From Escherichia coli (lineage in GTDB: Bacteria > Pseudomonadota > Gammaproteobacteria > Enterobacterales > Enterobacteriaceae): a DNA stretch of 64,000 bases. This document shows, in pieces, positions 23,855 through 36,661 of this stretch (position 1 is the stretch's first letter; every line of letters starts with the position of its first letter). The notes under the pieces were generated by a model. That model had not been told where the DNA came from and did not search any database. It worked only from the letters and a program-made list of their open reading frames with translations. The translations under genes were made by a program, and so were the position numbers. The stretch lies in NCBI RefSeq assembly GCF_044647545.1, contig NZ_CP172818.1. One strand, 5' to 3'.

Positions 23855-24073
23855 GGCTACTCCTCAACGACGTTGTCTGTCGCGCTGCCAGTGTTCTTTA
23901 TGACTTTGGGGCTTTATGCCTGAAACAGAAGGGCATTTCAATCAGCCTGGGGCGATAACACCGCAAAATGGATACTTTGTCATACTTTCGCTGCAATAAC
24001 ATCTCTGCGAGACGGCTTAACATGCCTGTTGTAAACTGTGAGCCAAAGCGTTGTTTAACCAAGGTGGGGACTC

Positions 24074-25123
24074 GTGGAATTGTTGTCTGAATATGGTTTG
24101 TTTTTGGCGAAAATCGTTACCGTTGTGCTAGCGATTGCGGCGATTGCCGCCATTATTGTCAATGTTGCTCAACGTAATAAACGCCAGCGTGGCGAGTTAC
24201 GGGTCAACAATCTCAGCGAACAGTATAAGGAGATGAAAGAAGAACTGGCCGCGGCGCTGATGGACACTCATCAGCAAAAACAGTGGCACAAAGCGCAGAA
24301 GAAAAAGCACAAGCAAGAAGCGAAAGCAGCAAAAGCGAAAGCTAAACTGGGCGAGGTGGCAACTGACAGTAAACCTCGCGTCTGGGTGCTGGATTTTAAA
24401 GGCAGCATGGACGCCCATGAAGTGAACTCGCTACGTGAAGAGATAACGGCGGTACTCGCAGCATTCAAACCGCAGGATCAGGTTGTGCTCCGTCTGGAAA
24501 GCCCTGGTGGCATGGTGCATGGTTACGGGTTGGCGGCTTCGCAGCTGCAGCGTCTGCGTGATAAAAACATTCCTTTAACTGTTACGGTAGACAAAGTCGC
24601 TGCCAGCGGCGGTTACATGATGGCCTGTGTGGCGGACAAAATTGTTTCCGCACCGTTTGCTATTGTGGGTTCCATTGGCGTGGTGGCACAAATGCCCAAC
24701 TTTAACCGCTTCCTGAAAAGCAAAGATATTGATATCGAACTGCACACCGCCGGGCAGTATAAGCGCACGCTGACCTTGCTGGGTGAAAACACCGAAGAAG
24801 GGCGGGAGAAATTCCGCGAAGAGCTGAACGAAACGCATCAGTTATTTAAAGATTTTGTGAAGCGTATGCGTCCGTCTCTGGATATTGAACAGGTGGCAAC
24901 GGGTGAACACTGGTACGGACAACAGGCGGTAGAGAAAGGCCTGGTTGATGAAATCAACACCAGTGATGAAGTTATTCTTAGCCTGATGGAAGGCCGTGAA
25001 GTGGTCAATGTACGCTATATGCAGCGTAAACGACTCATTGACCGATTCACCGGCAGCGCGGCAGAGAGCGCCGATCGATTGTTGCTACGCTGGTGGCAGC
25101 GGGGTCAAAAGCCATTGATGTAA
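24074..25123 (+). CDS. sohB: S49-family periplasmic protease SohB
   Basis: 349-aa ORF with N-terminal TM and peptidase S49 domain. Confidence 0.92.
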   Translation: MELLSEYGLFLAKIVTVVLAIAAIAAIIVNVAQRNKRQRGELRVNNLSEQYKEMKEELAAALMDTHQQKQWHKAQKKKHKQEAKAAKAKAKLGEVATDSKPRVWVLDFKGSMDAHEVNSLREEITAVLAAFKPQDQVVLRLESPGGMVHGYGLAASQLQRLRDKNIPLTVTVDKVAASGGYMMACVADKIVSAPFAIVGSIGVVAQMPNFNRFLKSKDIDIELHTAGQYKRTLTLLGENTEEGREKFREELNETHQLFKDFVKRMRPSLDIEQVATGEHWYGQQAVEKGLVDEINTSDEVILSLMEGREVVNVRYMQRKRLIDRFTGSAAESADRLLLRWWQRGQKPLM

Positions 25124-25158
25124 AAGACAAACGCGAGGGTAAGACCTCGCGTTTTGCT

Positions 25159-25410
25159 TTAATCAACCAGGTGATATTTTTCTGAAAGCACATGGGCCAG
25201 GTGTTTGAACATATTAAACACCGCGGTGCTTTTGGCTGTTGGCAATCCTTGTTCATCTAAAAAGTAGTCGCCGGTAAATACCAGCACGCCATTACGCTGC
25301 GTGACGCCGGTGGCTTCAATCCCTGCGAGCGTATCCTCATGCTCACGAATGATTTTGTTGGCCTCTTTCAACAGCGTCTCGCGGTCGATGGGTTGTGTCT
25401 CTTTGTTCAT
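25159..25410 (-). CDS. yciN: Protein YciN
   Basis: 83-aa ORF matching YciN. Confidence 0.85.
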
Positions 25411-25789
25411 TATTTACTCCTTAAACAAGGACATTAGTCTACGCCAGGCATGGCTTGCAGACAAATATACCACGCTGGTGGCAAGAGCGCCTTACTGGCA
25501 ACTTTGGATTTTGCATGCTAATAAAGTTGCGTATCGGATTTTATCAGGTACAGTGTGACGCTTTCGTCAATCTGGCAATAGATTTGCTTGACATTCGACC
25601 AAAATTCCGTCGTGCTATAGCGCCTGTAGGCCAAGACCTGTTAACTCAGTCACCTGAATTTTCGTGAACAGAGTCACGACAAGGGGTTGATATCCGCAGA
25701 GAGCGAGTCCATATCGGTAACTCGTTGCCAGTGGAAGGTTTATCAACGTGCGACGCATTCCTGGAAGAATCAAATTAGGTAAGGTGAAT

Positions 25790-28387
25790 ATGGGTAAAGC
25801 TCTTGTCATCGTTGAGTCCCCGGCAAAAGCCAAAACGATCAACAAGTATCTGGGTAGTGACTACGTGGTGAAATCCAGCGTCGGTCACATCCGCGATTTG
25901 CCGACCAGTGGCTCAGCTGCCAAAAAGAGTGCCGACTCTACCTCCACCAAGACGGCTAAAAAGCCTAAAAAGGATGAACGTGGCGCTCTCGTCAACCGTA
26001 TGGGGGTTGACCCGTGGCACAATTGGGAGGCGCACTATGAAGTGTTGCCTGGTAAAGAGAAGGTCGTCTCTGAACTGAAACAACTGGCTGAAAAAGCCGA
26101 CCACATCTATCTCGCAACCGACCTTGACCGCGAAGGGGAAGCCATTGCATGGCACCTGCGGGAAGTGATTGGTGGTGATGATGCGCGCTATAGCCGAGTG
26201 GTGTTTAACGAAATTACTAAAAACGCGATCCGCCAGGCATTTAACAAACCGGGTGAGCTGAATATTGATCGTGTTAATGCCCAGCAGGCGCGTCGCTTTA
26301 TGGACCGCGTGGTAGGGTATATGGTTTCGCCGCTGCTGTGGAAAAAGATCGCTCGTGGTCTGTCTGCCGGTCGTGTGCAGTCGGTGGCGGTTCGCCTGGT
26401 GGTCGAGCGTGAGCGTGAAATTAAAGCGTTCGTGCCGGAAGAGTTCTGGGAAGTCGATGCCAGCACGACCACGCCATCTGGTGAAGCGTTGGCGTTACAG
26501 GTGACTCATCAGAACGACAAACCGTTCCGTCCGGTCAACAAAGAACAAACTCAGGCTGCGGTAAGTCTGCTGGAAAAAGCGCGCTACAGCGTGCTGGAAC
26601 GTGAAGACAAACCGACAACCAGTAAACCTGGCGCTCCTTTTATTACCTCTACGCTGCAACAAGCTGCCAGCACCCGTCTTGGATTTGGCGTGAAAAAAAC
26701 CATGATGATGGCGCAGCGTTTGTATGAAGCAGGCTATATCACTTACATGCGTACCGACTCCACTAACCTGAGTCAGGACGCGGTAAATATGGTTCGCGGT
26801 TATATCAGCGATAATTTTGGTAAGAAATATCTGCCGGAAAGTCCGAATCAGTACGCCAGCAAAGAAAACTCACAGGAAGCGCACGAAGCGATTCGTCCTT
26901 CTGACGTCAATGTGATGGCGGAATCGCTGAAGGATATGGAAGCAGATGCGCAAAAACTGTACCAGTTAATCTGGCGTCAGTTCGTTGCCTGCCAGATGAC
27001 CCCAGCGAAATATGACTCCACGACGCTGACCGTTGGTGCGGGCGATTTCCGCCTGAAAGCACGCGGTCGTATTTTGCGCTTTGATGGCTGGACAAAAGTG
27101 ATGCCTGCACTGCGTAAAGGCGATGAAGATCGTATCTTACCGGCAGTCGATAAAGGCGATGCTCTGACGCTCGTTGAACTGACACCAGCCCAGCACTTTA
27201 CCAAGCCTCCAGCCCGTTTCAGTGAAGCATCGCTGGTCAAAGAGCTGGAAAAACGCGGTATCGGTCGTCCTTCTACCTATGCGTCGATCATTTCGACCAT
27301 TCAGGATCGTGGCTATGTGCGAGTAGAAAATCGTCGTTTCTATGCGGAAAAAATGGGCGAAATCGTCACCGATCGCCTGGAAGAGAATTTCCGCGAGTTA
27401 ATGAACTACGACTTTACTGCGCAGATGGAAAACAGCCTCGACCAGGTGGCCAATCACGAAGCAGAGTGGAAAGCTGTACTGGATCACTTCTTCTCGGATT
27501 TCACTCAGCAGTTAGATAAAGCTGAAAAAGATCCGGAAGAGGGTGGTATGCGCCCGAACCAGATGGTTCTGACCAGCATTGACTGCCCGACTTGTGGTCG
27601 CAAAATGGGGATTCGCACAGCGAGCACCGGGGTATTCCTTGGCTGTTCTGGTTATGCGCTGCCGCCGAAAGAGCGTTGCAAAACCACCATTAACCTGGTG
27701 CCGGAAAACGAAGTGCTGAACGTGCTGGAAGGCGAAGACGCTGAAACCAACGCGCTGCGCGCAAAACGTCGTTGCCCGAAATGCGGCACGGCGATGGACA
27801 GCTATCTCATCGATCCGAAACGTAAGTTGCATGTCTGTGGTAATAACCCAACCTGCGACGGTTACGAGATCGAAGAGGGCGAATTCCGCATTAAAGGTTA
27901 TGACGGCCCGATCGTTGAGTGTGAAAAATGTGGCTCTGAAATGCACCTGAAAATGGGCCGTTTCGGTAAATACATGGCCTGCACCAACGAAGAGTGTAAA
28001 AACACACGTAAGATTTTACGTAACGGCGAAGTGGCACCACCGAAAGAAGATCCGGTGCCATTACCTGAGCTGCCGTGCGAAAAATCAGATGCTTATTTCG
28101 TGCTGCGTGACGGTGCTGCCGGTGTGTTCCTGGCGGCCAATACCTTCCCGAAATCGCGTGAAACACGTGCGCCACTGGTGGAAGAGCTTTATCGCTTCCG
28201 CGACCGTCTGCCGGAAAAACTGCGTTATCTGGCCGATGCGCCACAGCAGGATCCGGAAGGTAATAAGACCATGGTTCGCTTTAGCCGTAAAACCAAACAG
28301 CAATATGTCTCTTCGGAAAAAGACGGAAAGGCGACTGGCTGGTCAGCATTTTATGTTGATGGCAAATGGGTTGAAGGGAAAAAATAA
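25790..28387 (+). CDS. topA: DNA topoisomerase I
   Basis: Start [22 protein letters not shown] (865 aa); Toprim and type IA core, three C-terminal Cys4 zinc ribbons; ORF-track entry starts 42 nt too far upstream. Confidence 0.97.
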   Translation: MGKALVIVESPAKAKTINKYLGSDYVVKSSVGHIRDLPTSGSAAKKSADSTSTKTAKKPKKDERGALVNRMGVDPWHNWEAHYEVLPGKEKVVSELKQLAEKADHIYLATDLDREGEAIAWHLREVIGGDDARYSRVVFNEITKNAIRQAFNKPGELNIDRVNAQQARRFMDRVVGYMVSPLLWKKIARGLSAGRVQSVAVRLVVEREREIKAFVPEEFWEVDASTTTPSGEALALQVTHQNDKPFRPVNKEQTQAAVSLLEKARYSVLEREDKPTTSKPGAPFITSTLQQAASTRLGFGVKKTMMMAQRLYEAGYITYMRTDSTNLSQDAVNMVRGYISDNFGKKYLPESPNQYASKENSQEAHEAIRPSDVNVMAESLKDMEADAQKLYQLIWRQFVACQMTPAKYDSTTLTVGAGDFRLKARGRILRFDGWTKVMPALRKGDEDRILPAVDKGDALTLVELTPAQHFTKPPARFSEASLVKELEKRGIGRPSTYASIISTIQDRGYVRVENRRFYAEKMGEIVTDRLEENFRELMNYDFTAQMENSLDQVANHEAEWKAVLDHFFSDFTQQLDKAEKDPEEGGMRPNQMVLTSIDCPTCGRKMGIRTASTGVFLGCSGYALPPKERCKTTINLVPENEVLNVLEGEDAETNALRAKRRCPKCGTAMDSYLIDPKRKLHVCGNNPTCDGYEIEEGEFRIKGYDGPIVECEKCGSEMHLKMGRFGKYMACTNEECKNTRKILRNGEVAPPKEDPVPLPELPCEKSDAYFVLRDGAAGVFLAANTFPKSRETRAPLVEELYRFRDRLPEKLRYLADAPQQDPEGNKTMVRFSRKTKQQYVSSEKDGKATGWSAFYVDGKWVEGKK

Positions 28388-28416
28388 CCTTTAATTTTGT
28401 CAGGTTTTTATAAACA

Positions 28417-28446
28417 AAGGGTCGCGAAAGCGGCCCTTTTTTATTG
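28417..28446 (+). terminator. topA rho-independent terminator
   Basis: Hairpin gggtcgcg-aaa-gcggccc followed by T6. Confidence 0.75.
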
Positions 28447-28572
28447 CATATTATTTTTTCTTCACACCTATACACTAAGGCTATAAATGATATAGTGGTT
28501 ATAGTTAGCCCCTTTTTTATTATTAAATCGTATTAGTCACCCGCCTGGCGTGACGAAAAAACGATGTTCTGA

Positions 28573-29571
<999 letters not shown>

Positions 29572-29901
29572 TTTCTTGCGTTATTTTCGGCACCTTTTAT
29601 GTAGCGAAGGTGCCGGAATATGTTCTCTTTTGTTACTTATTTCTATACCGTGCACAATATTTTTACCCCTCATATTTATAGGGTAAATTACCTGTAAAGT
29701 AGTGTCTAATTACCCGCCTAGCAAATTCCCGTTTTCAAATATCTATTTCAGGTCAAAAGATTGAATTATTCACTGGCGACGATTCGTAAATTCGCTGGAT
29801 TTTTGACTAAAGTTTCTTTAGGATTTGTCTCATCGTATGATTAATTACACCAATCGTTCAACGTCTTGCTGATAAGTGATGGCGATTATATGAGGTTAGC
29901 A

Positions 29902-30030
29902 ATGCCTTCTGGAAATCAGGAACCCCGCCGCGATCCTGAATTAAAACGTAAAGCCTGGCTGGCGGTTTTTCTTGGTTCTGCACTTTTCTGGGTGGTTATC
30001 GCACTGCTGATTTGGAAAGTGTGGGGATAA
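29902..30030 (+). CDS. ymiA: Small membrane protein YmiA
   Basis: Hand translation MPSGNQEPRRDPELKRKAWLAVFLGSALFWVVIALLIWKVWG* (42 aa, one TM segment); not in ORF track (<60 aa). Confidence 0.7.
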   Translation: MPSGNQEPRRDPELKRKAWLAVFLGSALFWVVIALLIWKVWG

Positions 30031-30032
30031 CT

Positions 30033-30200
30033 ATGGTCGGTCAGGAGCAACTGGAGTCGTCACCATTATGTCAGCATAGTGATAATGAACCAGAAACGAA
30101 ACGGGAATGTTCCGTCGTTATTCCAGACGACTGGCAACTAACATCGCAGCAGCAAGCCTTTATAGAACTGTTTGCTGAAGATGATCAGCCGAAACAATAA
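30033..30200 (+). CDS. yciX: Small protein YciX
   Basis: MVGQEQLESSPLCQHSDNEPETKRECSVVIPDDWQLTSQQQAFIELFAEDDQPKQ (55 aa), ATG 2 nt after the ymiA stop. Confidence 0.7.
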   Translation: MVGQEQLESSPLCQHSDNEPETKRECSVVIPDDWQLTSQQQAFIELFAEDDQPKQ

Positions 30201-30313
30201 TTATCATCATTCTTATTACCCATTTTTAATGAATTACAGGGCTTTTAATACACCGCAGCAATAACAGGTTGAGTTATCTCAACACAAAGTAATAACCGTT
30301 AAGGGTGTAGCCT

Positions 30314-30409
30314 ATGATCAACACAAATATGAAATATTGGTCCTGGATGGGCGCGTTTTCTCTGTCGATGCTCTTCTGGGCTGAACTCCTCTGGATCATT
30401 ACTCACTAA
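30314..30409 (+). CDS. Candidate 31-aa hydrophobic small protein upstream of acnA
   Basis: MINTNMKYWSWMGAFSLSMLFWAELLWIITH*, AAGGG SD-like motif 8 nt upstream, followed directly by a terminator hairpin. Confidence 0.5.
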   Translation: MINTNMKYWSWMGAFSLSMLFWAELLWIITH

Positions 30410-30413
30410 TCCC

Positions 30414-30438
30414 TGACCCCGCTGCGGCGGGGGTTTTC
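30414..30438 (+). terminator. Rho-independent terminator after the small-ORF cluster
   Basis: ccccgc-tgcg-gcgggg stem followed by gttttc. Confidence 0.6.
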
Positions 30439-30573
30439 ATTTGCTTTGCCACAAGGTTTCTCCTCTTTTATCAATTTGGGTTGTTATCAAATCGTTACGC
30501 GATGTTTGTGTTATCTTTAATATTCACCCTGAAGAGAATCAGGGCGTCGCAACCCTGTCATTAAGGAGGAGCT

Positions 30574-33249
30574 ATGTCGTCAACCCTACGAGAAGCCAGT
30601 AAGGACACGTTACAGGCCAAAGATAAAACTTACCACTACTACAGCCTGCCGCTTGCTGCCAAATCACTGGGCGATATCACCCGTCTGCCCAAGTCACTCA
30701 AAGTTTTGCTCGAAAACCTGCTGCGCTGGCAGGATGGTAACTCGGTTACCGAAGAGGATATCTACGCGCTGGCGGGATGGCTGAAAAATGCCCATGCTGA
30801 CCGTGAAATTGCCTACCGCCCGGCAAGGGTGCTGATGCAGGACTTTACCGGCGTACCTGCCGTTGTTGATCTGGCGGCAATGCGCGAAGCGGTTAAACGC
30901 CTCGGCGGCGATACTGCAAAGGTTAACCCGCTCTCACCGGTCGACCTGGTCATTGACCACTCGGTGACCGTCGATCGTTTTGGTGATGATGAGGCATTTG
31001 AAGAAAACGTGCGCCTGGAAATGGAGCGCAACCACGAACGTTATGTGTTCCTGAAATGGGGAAAGCAGGCGTTCAGTCGTTTTAGCGTCGTGCCGCCAGG
31101 CACAGGCATTTGCCATCAGGTTAACCTCGAATATCTCGGCAAAGCAGTGTGGAGCGAATTGCAGGACGGTGAATGGATTGCTTATCCGGATACACTCGTT
31201 GGTACTGACTCGCACACCACCATGATCAACGGCCTTGGCGTGCTGGGGTGGGGCGTTGGTGGGATCGAAGCCGAAGCCGCAATGTTAGGCCAGCCGGTTT
31301 CCATGCTTATCCCGGACGTAGTAGGCTTTAAACTTACCGGAAAATTACGTGAAGGTATTACCGCCACAGACCTGGTTCTCACCGTTACCCAAATGCTGCG
31401 CAAACATGGCGTGGTGGGGAAATTCGTCGAATTTTATGGTGATGGGCTGGATTCACTACCGCTGGCGGATCGCGCCACCATTGCCAATATGTCGCCAGAA
31501 TATGGTGCGACCTGTGGCTTCTTCCCAATCGATGCTGTCACCCTCGATTACATGCGTTTAAGCGGGCGCAGCGAAGATCAGGTCGAGTTGGTCGAAAAAT
31601 ATGCCAAAGCGCAGGGCATGTGGCGTAACCCGGGCGATGAACCGATTTTTACCAGTACGTTAGAACTGGATATGAATGACGTTGAAGCGAGCCTGGCAGG
31701 GCCAAAACGCCCACAGGATCGCGTTGCACTGCCCGATGTACCAAAAGCATTTGCCGCCAGTAACGAACTGGAAGTAAATGCCACGCATAAAGATCGCCAG
31801 CCGGTCGATTATGTTATGAACGGACATCAGTATCAGTTACCTGATGGCGCGGTGGTCATTGCTGCGATAACCTCGTGCACCAACACCTCTAACCCAAGTG
31901 TGCTGATGGCCGCAGGTTTGCTGGCGAAAAAAGCTGTAACACTGGGCCTCAAGCGGCAACCGTGGGTCAAAGCGTCGCTGGCACCGGGTTCGAAAGTCGT
32001 TTCTGATTATCTGGCAAAAGCGAAATTGACACCGTATCTCGATGAACTGGGGTTTAACCTTGTGGGATACGGTTGTACCACCTGTATTGGTAACTCTGGT
32101 CCATTGCCCGATCCTATCGAAACGGCAATCAAAAAAGGCGATTTAACCGTCGGTGCGGTGCTGTCCGGCAACCGTAACTTTGAAGGCCGTATCCATCCGC
32201 TGGTTAAAACTAACTGGCTGGCCTCGCCGCCGCTGGTGGTTGCCTATGCGCTGGCGGGAAATATGAATATTAACCTCGCATCTGAGCCTATCGGCCATGA
32301 TCGCAAAGGCGATCCGGTATATCTGAAAGATATCTGGCCATCGGCACAAGAAATTGCCCGTGCGGTAGAACAAGTCTCCACAGAAATGTTCCGTAAAGAG
32401 TACGCAGAAGTTTTTGAAGGCACAGCAGAGTGGAAGGAAATTAACGTCGCACGATCCGATACCTACGGTTGGCAGGAGGATTCAACCTATATTCGCTTAT
32501 CGCCTTTCTTTGATGAAATGCAGGCAACACCAGCACCTGTGGAAGATATTCACGGTGCGCGGATCCTCGCAATGCTGGGGGATTCAGTCACCACTGACCA
32601 TATCTCTCCGGCGGGCAGTATTAAGCCCGACAGCCCAGCGGGGCGATATCTACAAGGTCGGGGTGTTGAGCGCAAAGACTTTAACTCCTACGGTTCGCGG
32701 CGTGGTAACCATGAAGTGATGATGCGCGGCACCTTCGCCAATATTCGCATCCGTAATGAAATGGTGCCTGGCGTTGAAGGGGGGATGACGCGGCATTTAC
32801 CTGACAGCGACGTAGTCTCTATTTATGATGCTGCGATGCGCTATAAGCAGGAACAAACGCCGCTGGCGGTGATTGCCGGGAAAGAGTATGGATCAGGCTC
32901 CAGCCGTGACTGGGCGGCAAAAGGTCCTCGTCTGCTTGGAATTCGTGTGGTGATTGCCGAATCGTTTGAACGAATTCACCGTTCGAATTTAATTGGCATG
33001 GGCATCCTGCCGCTGGAATTTCCGCAAGGCGTAACGCGTAAAACGTTAGGGCTAACCGGGGAAGAGAAGATTGATATTGGCGATCTGCAAAATTTACAGC
33101 CCGGTGCGACGGTTCCGGTGACGCTTACGCGCGCGGATGGTAGCCAGGAAGTCGTACCCTGCCGTTGTCGTATCGACACCGCGACGGAGTTGACCTACTA
33201 CCAGAACGACGGCATTTTGCATTATGTCATTCGTAATATGTTGAAGTAA
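30574..33249 (+). CDS. acnA: Aconitate hydratase A
   Basis: 891-aa ORF with aconitase Fe-S cluster ligand region and swivel domain. Confidence 0.97.
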   Translation: MSSTLREASKDTLQAKDKTYHYYSLPLAAKSLGDITRLPKSLKVLLENLLRWQDGNSVTEEDIYALAGWLKNAHADREIAYRPARVLMQDFTGVPAVVDLAAMREAVKRLGGDTAKVNPLSPVDLVIDHSVTVDRFGDDEAFEENVRLEMERNHERYVFLKWGKQAFSRFSVVPPGTGICHQVNLEYLGKAVWSELQDGEWIAYPDTLVGTDSHTTMINGLGVLGWGVGGIEAEAAMLGQPVSMLIPDVVGFKLTGKLREGITATDLVLTVTQMLRKHGVVGKFVEFYGDGLDSLPLADRATIANMSPEYGATCGFFPIDAVTLDYMRLSGRSEDQVELVEKYAKAQGMWRNPGDEPIFTSTLELDMNDVEASLAGPKRPQDRVALPDVPKAFAASNELEVNATHKDRQPVDYVMNGHQYQLPDGAVVIAAITSCTNTSNPSVLMAAGLLAKKAVTLGLKRQPWVKASLAPGSKVVSDYLAKAKLTPYLDELGFNLVGYGCTTCIGNSGPLPDPIETAIKKGDLTVGAVLSGNRNFEGRIHPLVKTNWLASPPLVVAYALAGNMNINLASEPIGHDRKGDPVYLKDIWPSAQEIARAVEQVSTEMFRKEYAEVFEGTAEWKEINVARSDTYGWQEDSTYIRLSPFFDEMQATPAPVEDIHGARILAMLGDSVTTDHISPAGSIKPDSPAGRYLQGRGVERKDFNSYGSRRGNHEVMMRGTFANIRIRNEMVPGVEGGMTRHLPDSDVVSIYDAAMRYKQEQTPLAVIAGKEYGSGSSRDWAAKGPRLLGIRVVIAESFERIHRSNLIGMGILPLEFPQGVTRKTLGLTGEEKIDIGDLQNLQPGATVPVTLTRADGSQEVVPCRCRIDTATELTYYQNDGILHYVIRNMLK

Positions 33250-33255
33250 CGAGTA

Positions 33256-33290
33256 TTTGCTTGCCGGTTATTTTGCTTCCGGCAAGCAAA
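33256..33290. terminator. Bidirectional terminator between convergent acnA and ribA
   Basis: Inverted repeat ttgcttgccgg ... ccggcaagcaa with T-rich flanks. Confidence 0.65.
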
Positions 33291-33312
33291 TTAATTACAC
33301 AATGCAAGAGGG

Positions 33313-33903
33313 TTATTTGTTCAGCAAATGACCCATTTTCTCGGCTTTGGTATCGAGATAATGTTCGTTATTGGGGTTACGACCTACAATCAACGGTACG
33401 CGTTCAACAATATTAATCCCTGCTTCGGTCAGAATTTCGACTTTTTTCGGGTTGTTGGTTAACAAGCGGACTTCATTGACGCCAAGGAGTTTGAACATAT
33501 CAGCGCAAAGAGTGAAGTCGCGCTCATCAGCGGCGAAGCCTAACTGGTGGTTAGCCTCTACAGTATCGTAACCTTGATCCTGCAGTGCATAAGCGCGGAT
33601 TTTATTCAGCAGACCAATGTTACGACCTTCCTGACGGTGATACAGCAAAATACCACGGCCTTCTTCGGCAATTTGCGTCAGTGCCGCTTCGAGCTGGAAG
33701 CCACAATCGCAGCGCAAGCTGAACAGGGCGTCACCGGTCAGACATTCGGAATGGACGCGCGCAAGTACCGGGGTATGCCCGGAAATATCGCCATAGACTA
33801 GCGCGACATGATCGTGTCCGGTTGCCAGTTCTTCAAATCCCACCATCAGGAAATCGCCCCATGGGGTTGGCAGTTTGGCTTCTGCCACACGTTTAAGCTG
33901 CAT
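33313..33903 (-). CDS. ribA: GTP cyclohydrolase II
   Basis: Start trimmed to [18 protein letters not shown] (196 aa); Zn-binding CxCxxC-type motif (SLRCDCG). Confidence 0.95.
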
Positions 33904-34072
33904 GAAATTCTCCAGATAATGCTGGTTCTGTATTGGCTTATTTTGCCATAACGAGAAGGGGTTCACCTAATCACGACGCGTCGATCGTTCACGGAATGGC
34001 ACAAATCTGTCAATTTTTCCTGGAACTGGCATTTTCAGTTATGATTGTGGGACTTATCAAAAAGGAGAGGCC

Positions 34073-34837
34073 ATGCGTTCGATTGCCAGACGTACCGCAG
34101 TGGGAACTGCACTATTGCTTGTTATGCCAGTAGCCGTATGGATTTCTGGCTGGCGTTGGCAACCTGGAGAACAAAGTTGGTTACTAAAAGCGGCTTTTTG
34201 GGTTACTGAAACTGTCACCCAGCCCTGGGGCGTCATTACACATTTGATTTTATTCGGCTGGTTTCTCTGGTGTCTGCGTTTTCGCATTAAGGCTGCCATT
34301 ATGTTATTTGCCATTCTGGCGGCGGCAATTCTTGTGGGACAAGGCGTTAAATCCTGGATCAAAGACAAAGTCCAGGAACCACGACCTTTTGTTATCTGGC
34401 TGGAAAAAACACATCATATTCCGGTTGATGAGTTCTACACTTTAAAGCGAGCAGAACGCGGAAATCTGGTGAAAGAACAGTTGGCTGAAGAGAAAAATAT
34501 CCCACAATATTTGCGTTCACACTGGCAGAAAGAGACGGGGTTTGCTTTTCCTTCCGGTCACACGATGTTTGCTGCCAGTTGGGCACTGCTGGCCGTTGGT
34601 TTGCTGTGGCCGCGTCGGCGAACGTTAACCATTGCTATCTTGTTGGTCTGGGCAACGGGAGTCATGGGAAGCCGCCTGCTGCTCGGGATGCATTGGCCAC
34701 GCGATCTGGTGGTAGCTACGTTGATTTCGTGGGCGCTGGTGGCGGTGGCAACGTGGCTTGCGCAACGAATTTGTGGGCCATTAACACCACCTGCGGAAGA
34801 AAATCGCGAAATTGCACAACGAGAACAAGAAAGTTAA
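34073..34837 (+). CDS. pgpB: Phosphatidylglycerophosphatase B (PAP2 family)
   Basis: 254-aa polytopic membrane protein with PAP2 motifs (PSGH, ...HW). Confidence 0.93.
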   Translation: MRSIARRTAVGTALLLVMPVAVWISGWRWQPGEQSWLLKAAFWVTETVTQPWGVITHLILFGWFLWCLRFRIKAAIMLFAILAAAILVGQGVKSWIKDKVQEPRPFVIWLEKTHHIPVDEFYTLKRAERGNLVKEQLAEEKNIPQYLRSHWQKETGFAFPSGHTMFAASWALLAVGLLWPRRRTLTIAILLVWATGVMGSRLLLGMHWPRDLVVATLISWALVAVATWLAQRICGPLTPPAEENREIAQREQES

Positions 34838-34985
34838 CGCTGGTTGATTTTCCGAATTTAGCCCTTAAATCATCAACAATACGCGTGGATGCCATTTCGC
34901 AGACGGCGCGAAAATGGTACTTTAAAGGGCTATTGCGGTAAGTTGACCATAATTTATTCGCTCTAACCACATAACGGGAAGTAAT

Positions 34986-35294
34986 GTGAAATATTTACTC
35001 ATTTTCTTACTGGTGTTAGCGATCTTCGTGATTTCGGTTACGTTAGGTGCGCAGAACGATCAACAGGTGACGTTTAATTATCTGTTAGCGCAAGGGGAGT
35101 ACCGTATTTCCACATTGCTGGCGGTATTGTTTGCTGCGGGGTTTGCTATCGGTTGGCTGATTTGCGGCCTTTTCTGGCTGCGAGTTCGTGTTTCCCTGGC
35201 GCGCGCTGAACGTAAAATAAAGCGACTGGAAAACCAGCTTTCACCCGCGACTGACGTGGCTGTAGCGCCGCACTCGTCTGCGTCGAAGGAATAA
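34986..35294 (+). CDS. lapA: Lipopolysaccharide assembly protein A
   Basis: 102-aa two-TM protein directly upstream of lapB. Confidence 0.9.
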   Translation: MKYLLIFLLVLAIFVISVTLGAQNDQQVTFNYLLAQGEYRISTLLAVLFAAGFAIGWLICGLFWLRVRVSLARAERKIKRLENQLSPATDVAVAPHSSASKE

Positions 35295-35300
35295 CTTTCT

Positions 35301-36470
35301 ATGCTGGAGTTGTTGTTTCTGCTTTTGCCTGTAGCCGCTGCCTATGGCTGGTATATGGGCCGCAGAAGTGCGCAACAAAACAAGCAAGATGAAGCCAACC
35401 GCTTGTCGCGTGATTACGTAGCGGGGGTTAACTTCCTGCTTAGTAATCAACAGGATAAAGCGGTAGACCTGTTTCTCGATATGCTTAAAGAGGATACAGG
35501 TACCGTTGAAGCCCACCTTACGCTCGGAAACCTGTTCCGTTCGCGTGGCGAAGTTGATCGCGCTATTCGCATCCATCAGACCCTAATGGAAAGCGCCTCG
35601 CTGACCTATGAACAGCGGCTTTTGGCGATTCAACAACTGGGGCGTGATTACATGGCTGCCGGGTTATACGACCGCGCGGAAGACATGTTCAATCAGCTGA
35701 CAGATGAAACTGACTTCCGCATTGGCGCGCTGCAACAGTTGCTACAAATCTACCAGGCTACCAGCGAGTGGCAGAAAGCAATTGATGTTGCCGAACGCCT
35801 GGTGAAGCTGGGTAAAGATAAACAGCGCGTCGAAATTGCCCATTTCTACTGTGAGTTAGCTCTGCAGCATATGGCCAGCGACGATCTCGATCGTGCCATG
35901 ACTTTGCTAAAAAAAGGTGCGGCGGCAGATAAAAACAGCGCCCGCGTATCCATCATGATGGGACGCGTGTTTATGGCGAAAGGAGAATACGCCAAAGCCG
36001 TCGAAAGTTTGCAACGTGTCATATCCCAGGACAGAGAACTGGTCAGCGAAACGCTGGAAATGCTGCAAACCTGCTACCAGCAGTTGGGTAAAACTGCCGA
36101 ATGGGCAGAGTTCCTGCAGCGCGCGGTGGAAGAGAACACCGGTGCCGATGCTGAACTGATGCTTGCGGACATCATCGAAGCGCGCGACGGTAGTGAGGCC
36201 GCACAGGTCTATATTACGCGCCAGCTTCAGCGTCATCCGACCATGCGTGTGTTCCATAAGTTAATGGATTACCACTTAAATGAAGCAGAAGAAGGGCGTG
36301 CCAAAGAGAGTCTGATGGTGCTGCGTGACATGGTTGGCGAGAAGGTGCGTAGTAAGCCTCGTTATCGCTGCCAGAAATGTGGTTTTACCGCATACACTCT
36401 CTACTGGCATTGTCCGTCTTGTCGGGCCTGGTCAACCATTAAACCGATTCGCGGTCTTGATGGCCTGTAA
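35301..36470 (+). CDS. lapB: Lipopolysaccharide assembly protein B (TPR + rubredoxin-like)
   Basis: 389-aa ORF with TPR repeats and C-terminal CxxC...CxxC metal site. Confidence 0.93.
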   Translation: MLELLFLLLPVAAAYGWYMGRRSAQQNKQDEANRLSRDYVAGVNFLLSNQQDKAVDLFLDMLKEDTGTVEAHLTLGNLFRSRGEVDRAIRIHQTLMESASLTYEQRLLAIQQLGRDYMAAGLYDRAEDMFNQLTDETDFRIGALQQLLQIYQATSEWQKAIDVAERLVKLGKDKQRVEIAHFYCELALQHMASDDLDRAMTLLKKGAAADKNSARVSIMMGRVFMAKGEYAKAVESLQRVISQDRELVSETLEMLQTCYQQLGKTAEWAEFLQRAVEENTGADAELMLADIIEARDGSEAAQVYITRQLQRHPTMRVFHKLMDYHLNEAEEGRAKESLMVLRDMVGEKVRSKPRYRCQKCGFTAYTLYWHCPSCRAWSTIKPIRGLDGL

Positions 36471-36661
36471 TTTTTAAAAAAATCCGACTTTAGTTACAAC
36501 ATACTAATTATTGATGTTCTATTGTGCTCCGGCACCGACGGCGCGGAAAAGCCTGCCAGAGGAGAAATCGCAACTGTTAATTTTTTATTTCCACGGGTAG
36601 AATGCTCGCCGTTTACCTGTTTCGCGCCACTTCCGGTGCCCATCATCAAGAAGGTCTGGTC

